Source: a virus. From it: a stretch of DNA of 64,000 bases. Location of the stretch: positions 1 to 64,000 of the IMG/VR virus record IMGVR_UViG_3300018481_000019, one strand, 5' to 3'. A model generated the notes under the pieces. That model had not been told where the DNA came from. It did not search any database and worked only from the letters and a program-made list of their open reading frames with translations. Positions 56,367 through 64,000 of this stretch are shown here, one piece after another. The position numbers and the translations under genes are program-made. The stretch's first letter is position 1; each line of letters starts with the position of its first letter.

Positions 56367-56753
56367 TCACAATCCCTCCCGATCTGCGTATTCGACTTCC
56401 TCTTGGGTGTGCTCCAAGTCCCACGGACCCCAATGCCCGTAGGTGACGCAATTCAAAAACGCTTCCTGCGGTTCGTAGATCACGACTTCGTCCGGGTCGA
56501 TTTTCCCGAGCTTGTAATACATGACCTTGGGCATGGTGACTTCCCTGCCGTTCGATGGGTCGATCACAACCGGGATTGAAAAGCCGTCAATCTCTTCTGC
56601 GGTTTCGACCCAGGCGTGGATGAACCTCATGCCTTCGATGTCACCCTGCCCTGTCGGGTAGCCGTGGACGATCTGATAGCTGTCCTGCTCTTCCTTGGGC
56701 TTGTCCATGACGAACTTCACCGCTGCGTCGAAGCAGTCGCCGCCGGTAGCCAT
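56367..56753 (-). CDS. Hypothetical protein, possible papain/transglutaminase-like fold
   Basis: GDCF..A...VHG...HAWVE...IDP: Cys-His-acid arrangement. Confidence 0.55.
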   Translation of the reverse strand: MATGGDCFDAAVKFVMDKPKEEQDSYQIVHGYPTGQGDIEGMRFIHAWVETAEEIDGFSIPVVIDPSNGREVTMPKVMYYKLGKIDPDEVVIYEPQEAFLNCVTYGHWGPWDLEHTQEEVEYADREGL

Positions 56754-56940
56754 TACCTCAGTCCCATTTCGTACAAGCACGATTCGCACGTCGGCAAGTC
56801 GGTGACTTCGGCGTACCGTGGGTCGGCAACTTCGTTGCATGGTGAGTAGCCGTAGGCCACATCGCTCACTGCGTTGCGCTCGCAATACTCAACGGGCGGC
56901 AGCTTCCAGACAACACCAGGGCTGCGCCAAGGTGGGGTGC

Positions 56941-57099
56941 TCATTTGCCCTGCAATTCGTAGGTGACGACCAGCAAAGCAGCCATAGCTTCCCGAGCCTC
57001 ACGGACCTTGCCGGTCTTGGTGCATTCGGTCCACTGGCGAACCAGGGCTTCCCGCTTGGTTCTGAGTTCCATTATCTGTCTTGATGTCATGGGCATCAT
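56941..57099 (-). CDS. Hypothetical protein (52 aa, not in ORF track)
   Basis: Directly downstream of a promoter; MMPMTSRQIMELRTKREAL... Confidence 0.5.
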   Translation of the reverse strand: MMPMTSRQIMELRTKREALVRQWTECTKTGKVREAREAMAALLVVTYELQGK

Positions 57100-57126
57100 C
57101 CCTTTCTCTTGTCTGTGTCACTCACA

Positions 57127-57154
57127 ATTATAGCGTCGTGAAATTAGATTGCAA
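57127..57154 (-). promoter_or_regulatory. Early promoter TTGCAA-N16-TATAAT
   Basis: Repeated promoter family. Confidence 0.85.
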
Positions 57155-57382
57155 ATCCTTCGGGGGCGGACGGCGGCTTCTCGCCAGTCTCCGGGTGCTC
57201 TTTGGTGATGGTTCCCCAAGGGACGTAGAACGATTCCTCCGTTCCGTCGAGCACGACCAGTTTGTTGCGGCTCCCCTGTGTCGCGGTGATGAAGGTGGCG
57301 GAAGCGGTCACGCCCTCATAAGTGACGAATATCCGGTCGCCCCTCCTGCACGTCGGGCCGAACTCAGGAATGGTGGTGGTGG

Positions 57383-57565
57383 TCAAGCGAACGCTCCGGC
57401 AGGGGCGAACGTGGGGAACGACCGGCTCGCGGCGGAGGCAACGGCCCGGACACAAGAGACGCAGACGGTGACGACTGCTCCCCATCCGGTAGATGTTCGT
57501 GCGGTTTTGACTGTCTCAGTCGGTGGTTTGGGAGTGGCGCACTCGGCGCAAGTGGCTTCGCTCAT
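57383..57565 (-). CDS. Small Zn-finger protein
   Basis: CAEC...CVSC; GAAAGG RBS. Confidence 0.55.
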   Translation of the reverse strand: MSEATCAECATPKPPTETVKTARTSTGWGAVVTVCVSCVRAVASAASRSFPTFAPAGAFA

Positions 57566-57597
57566 GGCGGTCCTTTCTCTTGGGGGGAACACTCAGA

Positions 57598-57625
57598 ATT
57601 ATAGCTTGGTGTAATTGCTATGCAA
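57598..57625 (-). promoter_or_regulatory. Early promoter TTGCAT-N16-TATAAT
   Basis: Repeated promoter family. Confidence 0.85.
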
Positions 57626-57675
57626 TTCTGATTAGTGGAAAATTTCCCACTCTTGGTAAGGACCGTTTTGAGAAC

Positions 57676-57720
57676 GAAGAAACCCCCCGGAGGTTGGCAG
57701 ACCAGGCGGGGGGTTTCTTC
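57676..57720. terminator. Hairpin terminator
   Basis: GAAGAAACCCCCCG...CGGGGGGTTTCTTC, 14-bp inverted repeat just after the stop of 57738..58034. Confidence 0.8.
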
Positions 57721-57737
57721 CGTCGTGCGTCGAGAGG

Positions 57738-58034
57738 TTAGCCGGTTTCGGCGGGCTTGCGCTCTCGGAGTGCTTCGATGTGTGAGATTGCGATTTGCTC
57801 GGCAGTGACTTGCTTCACTTCTCCGTAGCGATAGAGCCACGCCTCCTGAGCCGCTTCCTTCCACTCTTCCTTGTAGATGGATAGAATGTCGAGCAGATGG
57901 TCAAGGTCGAGTGCCGCCGTCTCTCGGTACTTGTCACGGAAGTAGTTCTGTTCCTCCCACCGACCCTTACCAAACCGTCTGTCGAAGCAATCCTTCGCCA
58001 GCGCTTCGATCAGCTTTTCACGAAGCTCGCTCAT
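57738..58034 (-). CDS. Hypothetical protein
   Basis: Normal composition, followed by a terminator. Confidence 0.6.
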   Translation of the reverse strand: MSELREKLIEALAKDCFDRRFGKGRWEEQNYFRDKYRETAALDLDHLLDILSIYKEEWKEAAQEAWLYRYGEVKQVTAEQIAISHIEALRERKPAETG

Positions 58035-58386
58035 AGTGCATCTCCATCTCGGTCAAGTCGATTTCGTGGTCGTGACCCTGGCAGACCCAACGGTCGTGGG
58101 TGCCGCCGTCCTCAGTGATTTTCCAGCATGTGTTGTTGTCTTCGCTCATGTCTTCTCTCTTTCTTTTTGAAAACCGCCCACTATGGGAATGGGCGTTCCG
58201 TCTCTGGATTTGACCCGAGACAAGTGATACTCCCCGCACTGGTCACAGACGTAGCTATGGAGTAGCCACCCATGTTCCTCCTGTTTTCGGAGGCGGGCCT
58301 GTTCCGCCATGTGCTCGGTGGGGTAGTGATTCTTGGTTCTGCATGACTGCGTTCTGAATCTTGGCGGTATCAAGAGCAACCTCATT

Positions 58387-58674
58387 TCAGAGAACTTTCA
58401 TTTCGTGAGTCAACACAATCGGTCGGTATGTCACTTTGTAGTGGGTGTGGTGTTCTCGGCAGTCTCCATCGCAAAGTCTTTCGACTGACTTGTAAGCGAG
58501 ATTCCCGTCCGATGCAAGGTTGAGAACCATTGCGTAATTCTGAGCATGGTCTTCGTCAAAGAACTCAGCGATGGGACATTCGCCCTCCGTGGTGTTGTGC
58601 TCGGACATCGGCTTGTCGTGAAGCGTCACGACCCACCCACCGATCAGATCATTGGATTGGGCGTAGTAGGTCAC
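58387..58674 (-). CDS. Hypothetical protein
   Basis: NDLIGGW...IAEF pattern. Confidence 0.55.
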   Translation of the reverse strand: MTYYAQSNDLIGGWVVTLHDKPMSEHNTTEGECPIAEFFDEDHAQNYAMVLNLASDGNLAYKSVERLCDGDCREHHTHYKVTYRPIVLTHEMKVL

Positions 58675-58837
58675 TCTTCCTCCAAGGTGAGCTTCACCGT
58701 CTCACCGGGAACGAGAGGGCGCATCACCGCCACCGGAACCCCGGCGTGATAGATGATGAACGACTCCCCGGCTTTGAGCCGGTCCATGTATTCCTTGCCC
58801 TTGCGTGAGAGCAGGGACCAATTGGCGTAGGTGAGGT

Positions 58838-59197
58838 TCATTCCTCTTCACCGCCTCCGCCGGTCACGGCATTGATCGCGTCGATCATGGCATCAACCCG
58901 AGCCACATCATCGGCATTGAGAGTTTGCAGGGAAGTGAATATCGGCATCCCGTTGATTCCTCTCGGACCCGCCTTGTGCATCCATTCAAAAATCATGCCG
59001 TGCGACCCGCCCTCTTCGGTCGGCTCCAAGAGCTTGACCAAGTCGTCAATGGCGGGCTTGTCCATGAAGGCGAGCGGCATGAACACCATCGTCATTAGAT
59101 TCGGGTCAGGAAGCATCCGGTCACAGAACACCGAGCCGGACATCAGGCCGAGAGCGATGTCACGGATTGACTTGTCGCTTTTTGAAACGTAGGTCAT
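58838..59197 (-). CDS. Conserved hypothetical phage protein
   Basis: VFMPL...AGPR.INGMP.F.S pattern. Confidence 0.65.
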   Translation of the reverse strand: MTYVSKSDKSIRDIALGLMSGSVFCDRMLPDPNLMTMVFMPLAFMDKPAIDDLVKLLEPTEEGGSHGMIFEWMHKAGPRGINGMPIFTSLQTLNADDVARVDAMIDAINAVTGGGGEEE

Positions 59198-59400
59198 TCG
59201 TGCCACGCTTCCTTGATCTTGCTCCAAGCGTTCTCCATCGCTCGTCCGACCGCCGTGTCACGGCGACTCGGCGCTGTGATTTGCTCGTAGGTGTCGGTCT
59301 GCCAATGGCTGATCGCTTCACCAAGAGCTTTGAACTGTGGCTCGGTCAGAGTGATGGTGATGGTCCGCTGCTTGCGTCGAGTCGGTGGTGCAATTTTCAT
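59194..59400 (-). CDS. Hypothetical protein
   Basis: ATGA overlaps. Confidence 0.55.
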   Translation of the reverse strand: MKIAPPTRRKQRTITITLTEPQFKALGEAISHWQTDTYEQITAPSRRDTAVGRAMENAWSKIKEAWHE

Positions 59401-59672
59401 GGCACGACCCTGTCGAATTCCTCTGGCAGTTCCAGAACCAAGTATCTCTTTAGAGCGTTTCTCTTGTTCGGCTCATAGTCGAGCACGTCCCATTCCCAAC
59501 CGCCGTGCTCGTCCTTGAAGTCGATGGTCTTCTCCCCGACGACTTGACCGCCAAGGCTCTCGGCCACGGCGACGATGTCGAAGATGGTGGTGGGTCGTCC
59601 GTAGAACATGGCATCGGCTTCGACACCGGCTCGCAGTTCGTGGATAGTTTTGACTGTGTCTTTCGGTTTCAT
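59397..59672 (-). CDS. Hypothetical protein
   Basis: AGAGG RBS, ATGA overlap. Confidence 0.55.
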   Translation of the reverse strand: MKPKDTVKTIHELRAGVEADAMFYGRPTTIFDIVAVAESLGGQVVGEKTIDFKDEHGGWEWDVLDYEPNKRNALKRYLVLELPEEFDRVVP

Positions 59673-59760
59673 AGGTGCCTCTCTTTGATTAGGTATCTCA
59701 ATCCGGCTCCGAGATGTGCGAGCAGATGCCACACACCACGGACCAAGTCTCGGAGGAATT

Positions 59761-61527
59761 TCATTTTGAAAGCATCTCCATCAAGTCCTTGTCTCGCAAG
59801 ACTTCCTGCGCTCGTTTTTCCTTCGATGAAAGTCGGGCCAACTGGCCTTCCTCCACCGTATCTTCGACCAAGTAGTCAACGTACCGAACGGTTTCGTGCT
59901 TCTCGGAGCCGATTCGATGCACCCGATCTTCGGCTTGGGTGTGGACCGTGTAACTCCACGACCGGACCAGGCGGACCATCGTGCTCGCTGCGGTGAGCGT
60001 GATTCCCTCACCCCCGGCTCGGGTCAGGAGGATGAACGGGACTTCGCCTTTTTGAAAGGACTCCATCGCCGCTTCCCGATCTTCCCCGGTGACATCGCCG
60101 GTAATCATGGTGTAGCCGATCTTGGCCTTGGTCATGGCTCCGGCGGCTAGCTCCAAGAGCTTGCGGGAGTCCGAGAACACGACGACTTGCTGCCCGTCAT
60201 AATCCCCGTCGAGCACGTCTTCCATGAACGAATCGACCTTCGGTGAGTTCTTCGCGTCCATGTGGAAGACACCCTCTGTGTCGATGTGACCGGCGGCGTT
60301 GGCGATCTGCACCAAGCGACCGGCCTTTTCCAAAACCGAGCCGACGGCAATCACGTCTTCCCCGTCCAGTGTCGATGCGAACATTCGCTTTTCGACATCG
60401 TCGTACAGCTTGCGGTGCTTCGCCGGGAGCGTGACCCATCTCGTCTCGTAAATTTTCTCGGGAAGGAAGGGCAGTGCCGCTTCCTTGGTGATACGGCGAG
60501 AGCGAGCGTCAAGGTTCCCAAAGAACTCGTCGGCCCGTCCGGGGTTGATGCCAAGGATTTCCCGAGCGCCCCAATAGTTGAACGTGACATTGCAGTACCG
60601 CTCTATGAATCCGGTCTTCACCGGGTACTCGTCGGGTGCGATGAAGCGGAGCAGGGACCAAAGGTCTTCCGGCGTGTCCTGAATCGGGGTGCCGGTCAGA
60701 CCGATGATGTTGTCCGCTTCCTTGGCGAGATGCCACAGCGCCCGAGTCCGCTTCGACTTCGGGTTCTTGATGCGGTGAGCTTCGTCAGCGATCAGAGTTT
60801 TGAAAGCGATCTTCTGCAACGGGCCGTCGGTCTTCTCGGCCTCCGTCAGCTTCACCGTCGGGAAGGGAGCGTGACGGCTCCGCAAGCGGGCGGTGTCATA
60901 AGAGATGATGTAGAAATCGGCAATCTCAGCGAGCAGGGCATCGACCACCATCGGGCTTCCTTCCACGATCTGCACGGTGGCACCGGGGAAGAATCCTTTG
61001 ATTTCAGTACGCCATGTTCGGAGCATGGACTTGGGAGCCACGATCAGAACCGGGAAGATGTCTTTGCCGTCCGTGGCGGACTCCCCGGCGAGAGCGGACA
61101 GGCCAGCTAGAGCAGTACGGGACTTGCCCGCTCCCGTCTCGTCAAAGAACAAGTAGCGACCGGCGACTCGGATTAGCTCGGCACCAACCTTCTGATACGG
61201 GTACAACTCAGCGAATCCAGGTAGTGTCAAATCTTCGATGTGTGCGGGCGGTTCCTCAATGAGACTGCGAAGTGCGCGGAGATACGCCTTAGTTGCGCCG
61301 GTTTTCTTGCCCCATGCGGTGAGCACGTCACCAAGAACAAGGTCAGCGCCGAACTCTTCACGGAGCGCAAGTGCGGAGGGCCATGAGAGCGGGACGGTCC
61401 AGACTCGGTTGTCGGCATCCCACTTGGCACCGGGAACAGCCTTGACACTTTCTTTGAGTCTGAAATCCGTTTCTACGACGATGCGACCGGGATGGGAGTC
61501 TCGGTAGATTTCAGCTTTGGTCTTCAT
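59761..61527 (-). CDS. SNF2/SF2 DNA helicase
   Basis: DETGAGKS, DEAH, LTGTP, GEGITLT, QAEDRVHRIG. Confidence 0.95.
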   Translation of the reverse strand: MKTKAEIYRDSHPGRIVVETDFRLKESVKAVPGAKWDADNRVWTVPLSWPSALALREEFGADLVLGDVLTAWGKKTGATKAYLRALRSLIEEPPAHIEDLTLPGFAELYPYQKVGAELIRVAGRYLFFDETGAGKSRTALAGLSALAGESATDGKDIFPVLIVAPKSMLRTWRTEIKGFFPGATVQIVEGSPMVVDALLAEIADFYIISYDTARLRSRHAPFPTVKLTEAEKTDGPLQKIAFKTLIADEAHRIKNPKSKRTRALWHLAKEADNIIGLTGTPIQDTPEDLWSLLRFIAPDEYPVKTGFIERYCNVTFNYWGAREILGINPGRADEFFGNLDARSRRITKEAALPFLPEKIYETRWVTLPAKHRKLYDDVEKRMFASTLDGEDVIAVGSVLEKAGRLVQIANAAGHIDTEGVFHMDAKNSPKVDSFMEDVLDGDYDGQQVVVFSDSRKLLELAAGAMTKAKIGYTMITGDVTGEDREAAMESFQKGEVPFILLTRAGGEGITLTAASTMVRLVRSWSYTVHTQAEDRVHRIGSEKHETVRYVDYLVEDTVEEGQLARLSSKEKRAQEVLRDKDLMEMLSK

Positions 61528-61681
61528 CGTTTCTCATTTCCACACTGACTACTTCGACAATGTTCTCCCGTTGTCTGTCTCGGGCATACGCCTTGGCTCG
61601 CATCTCAGCGACCCGCCCATCGAAAACGCGTTCGATCAACTCGTCTCCCTTGCGAACGGTGACTACCCACTCAGCTTGCAT
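61511..61681 (-). CDS. Hypothetical protein
   Basis: Fills the gap upstream of the helicase. Confidence 0.5.
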   Translation of the reverse strand: MQAEWVVTVRKGDELIERVFDGRVAEMRAKAYARDRQRENIVEVVSVEMRNDEDQS

Positions 61682-61847
61682 CGGGCCTCTCTTCCTCATA
61701 GCCGTCGAACCAACCATCGCCTGCGGTGTCTTCCCGACGGCAGTGGGTTTGGGCCTCTTCCAGAGTCAGGCCGGTGGCAACGACCTCAGCCTTGCCAGCT
61801 TCGTCCCGTCGGAATCGAATGATTTTGTATGTCTTGTCTGTGCTCAT
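61671..61847 (-). CDS. Small conserved phage protein (58 aa, not in ORF track), probably leaderless
   Basis: MSTDKTYKIIRF...TGLTLEEAQTHC...WFDGY; ATG 7 nt after TATAAT. Confidence 0.7.
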   Translation of the reverse strand: MSTDKTYKIIRFRRDEAGKAEVVATGLTLEEAQTHCRREDTAGDGWFDGYEEERPDAS

Positions 61848-61854
61848 GTGTCTG

Positions 61855-61882
61855 ATTATAACGGGCTGTAATTGTTATGCAA
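61855..61882 (-). promoter_or_regulatory. Early promoter TTGCAT-N16-TATAAT
   Basis: Repeated promoter family. Confidence 0.85.
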
Positions 61883-62282
61883 GTCTCATTCTGCGTTCGG
61901 CTAGTAGGGCGTGGCGGAGGGCATCCCGAGCATGGGGTCCGGTCACGGATCGGAACAGGCCAAGCTCGCGGAGATGCTCATTGGTGAAGGCATTCTTGGC
62001 ATCGGCGGCGGGTTGCAGAGTGAAGGGAATCCGCCAGCGATGCGATAGGTACATGGCGATACCGGTCACGTACAGTGCCTCCGGTTGCCGACTCAGTTTC
62101 ACCGACCGTGCGGTAATGAAGTAACGCTCTATGGCAACGGCATCGGCTCTTGGCATGAAGCCTTCCAAAATTCCGTCACCGAGCAGTTCATCAAAGGTCA
62201 GTTCGGTGTAGTCGAGCACTCGGCTGTGTTCGACTAGACAGAGTCCGGTGGTGCCGCCGGGGTCGATGCCAAGCGTTCTCAC
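61875..62282 (-). CDS. RuvC-like Holliday junction resolvase
   Basis: TLGIDPGGTTG, VAIE, HARDALRHA; GTGA overlap with the HNH stop. Confidence 0.85.
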   Translation of the reverse strand: MRTLGIDPGGTTGLCLVEHSRVLDYTELTFDELLGDGILEGFMPRADAVAIERYFITARSVKLSRQPEALYVTGIAMYLSHRWRIPFTLQPAADAKNAFTNEHLRELGLFRSVTGPHARDALRHALLAERRMRLA

Positions 62283-62752
62283 CGACGGTTGGCCCGCTGC
62301 TCCGTCGGTGTCGCCCACCGGCAGTTCCCAGGCTCGTAGTTGCCGTTGGGGTCAATGCGATCAAGTGAGTAGTAGGCCACTCGGCTTGTCCAGTCTTCGG
62401 GACTAGGCGGACGTTCACCAACATCAGCGATGAAGTTTTTGAATCCACCATGCCCTAACCAATGTTCGCTCACTCTGATCCCGCGACCGCCGTAGTCCAT
62501 GAAGTCCTTGATGTTTGGATTGAGGCATCGGTCGAGCATCGCCCGATAGACCCGATAGAGAGGATGGTTGTTCTCAGGGGAGTTGCACTTGCTACTTGCT
62601 CCATTCCTCAAATTGTCCGCAAAGACAATTACAGAGTTTCCGCATTCACACCGGCACAGCCACCGAACCTTGTGATACTTCCCACCATTCTCCGCTCTGG
62701 TTATCGCAGTCAATCGTCCAAACTTTTGCCCGGTCAGATCATTGACTCTCAT
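62279..62752 (-). mobile_element. Free-standing HNH homing endonuclease
   Basis: DLTGQKFGRL, WLCRCECG, YGGRGI, SLDRIDPNGNYEPGNCRWAT; more AT-rich than its neighbours. Confidence 0.88.
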
Positions 62753-64000
62753 AGATCAGCCCATGTTTTTCCCGGTCCTGAAATGGAAGCTGTCAGCGGC
62801 ACCATTAGATCGGTGTGCGTCATAGAGGCAAGCATCACCCGCTTGGCCTCTTCGACGTACTTCTCGGGAATAGAAAGCAACACTTCATCGTGAACGGGGA
62901 TCAGCATGTAATCCTCCATCCCGGCGTGACCGAGAGCGAGCAGGGATCGCTTTAGGTATTCGGCAGCAGCGCCTTGAATCTTGAAGTTGGTCGCGGCATA
63001 CAGGGTGGCGGGGTCAACGGGCAAGAACCGGCCTCCGAGAGTCATAACCCCGCCGGTTGCTCGGGCCTCTCGTTCGATGGTCTTTTGCAAATGGAACAGA
63101 GCGGGGTAGGACTCCCTCACTCCCATCTTGACTTCCGCCATGCGCTCAGTTGGGACACCGGCTCGCACCGCCATTGTCTCAATTCCAGCACCGTACAATT
63201 GCGAGTACCAATAGGTCTTCGCCATGTTGCGCCGGGTGTCGGACTTTTCGATGGTGGGGTCTTTGAAAATCTCCCGAGCAGTCTGAAGGAAGAAATCACC
63301 GCCAGCGAAAGCCTCACCGAGCGCCTTGTCTCCGGCGAGCGATGCAGCGATGCGGAGTTCGATCTGCTCGTTATCGACCGACATCAGCACTTCATCTTCT
63401 CGCAGGGGGAGCACGGCTTGTCGAACCAACCGGGACTCGGGGTCGGAGTTGGGCTTGGGCAGAGTTTGTAGCGCCGGGGAACGGATGCTCATGCGTCCGG
63501 TGCGAGCGGCAACGGTGTCGATGGAAGGATGGATGATTCCATCGTGATTGAAAGTGAGGAAGTTGGCGAAGTAGGTGGAAGCCAACTTCTCGGTCTTGCG
63601 TACCCGCATTACCGAGCGGGCTACGTTGGCTGAGTCCCGGTCGCCGTAGGCCACGATCTTTTCCAGCGTCGGCTTATCGACGGCGATACGTCCCTTCTCG
63701 GTGCGCTTGGTGAGCAGCGAGCGGTCGGTGTTGGTGATGAACCAGCGGCCTAGCTCGTCGGGACTTGCCAGATTCACAATGCCCCGGTACGAGAGCTTCA
63801 GACCTTCAGCCTCCGAACTGAGTTCAGCGAATTTCATTCGTGAGAAATCGCCGTCGATCCTCATGCCGTTGTGCTCCATCTGATTCGATAGCGAACGGAC
63901 TCCCATCTCCAAGTCGTAGACCGGCGACTGAATCACTCTTTGAATCTCGGGTAGCTCGTAGATGCGGCTTGTCAGGATCACGTCGAGTGCGGCGTAGTAG
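62749..64000 (-). CDS. polA: Family A DNA polymerase (5' part outside the window)
   Basis: Exo III YAALD at the edge, RTGRMS...LQ, motif A DNEQIELR, motif B R..AKTYWYSQLYG, motif C VHDE. Confidence 0.95.
   Translation of the reverse strand, partial: YYAALDVILTSRIYELPEIQRVIQSPVYDLEMGVRSLSNQMEHNGMRIDGDFSRMKFAELSSEAEGLKLSYRGIVNLASPDELGRWFITNTDRSLLTKRTEKGRIAVDKPTLEKIVAYGDRDSANVARSVMRVRKTEKLASTYFANFLTFNHDGIIHPSIDTVAARTGRMSIRSPALQTLPKPNSDPESRLVRQAVLPLREDEVLMSVDNEQIELRIAASLAGDKALGEAFAGGDFFLQTAREIFKDPTIEKSDTRRNMAKTYWYSQLYGAGIETMAVRAGVPTERMAEVKMGVRESYPALFHLQKTIEREARATGGVMTLGGRFLPVDPATLYAATNFKIQGAAAEYLKRSLLALGHAGMEDYMLIPVHDEVLLSIPEKYVEEAKRVMLASMTHTDLMVPLTASISGPGKTWADL

Noticed and set aside
53573-57625. 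Clustered ~45-bp repeats as a CRISPR array or att sites
   Set aside because: Irregular kb-scale spacing, degenerate, and they match -35/-10 promoters in front of genes
1-64000. Integrase, repressor-based immunity region, host genes, rRNA
   Set aside because: None recognised in the window; no evidence of a prophage boundary

Overview
The whole window is part of a GC-rich, tailed dsDNA (siphovirus-type) phage genome, most likely infecting an Actinomycetota host. Its portal, capsid-pentamer-like and maturation-protease genes resemble those of mycobacteriophage cluster B-type phages. The + strand (1-38.3 kb) carries terminase, a frameshifted tail assembly chaperone, tape measure, tail and fibre genes, portal, a head-associated region of about 16 kb, and an M15 endolysin. 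The - strand (38.3-64 kb) carries early and replication genes: PolA (truncated by the window edge), HNH, RuvC-like resolvase, SNF2 helicase, Fic, MoxR AAA + VWA, SLT, beta clamp, and Cas4-like/Sak4-like/SSB genes. These are driven by a family of near-identical TTG-N16-TATAAT promoters. The most notable element is the head region around the protease. Three large polyvalent proteins there carry five copies of a ~70-90 aa module, [LF][TV]A[AG]-x-W-xxx-LHPRGxxG(K/Q)FIE followed by a small beta-rich domain. Copies 2-5 precede different putative effector domains (ParB-like, HipA/PI3K-like kinase, ART-like + GNAT, zincin). A hidden 59-aa gene is nested in the +1 frame just behind the GNAT domain, and a Cys-rich putative immunity gene follows the last protein. 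This looks like a tagged, protease-processed, virion-delivered effector and immunity system. The quasi-palindrome TTTT(G/C)AAAA is also strongly over-represented across the window, in all reading frames. All functional calls come from motif recognition by eye; no database searches were run.
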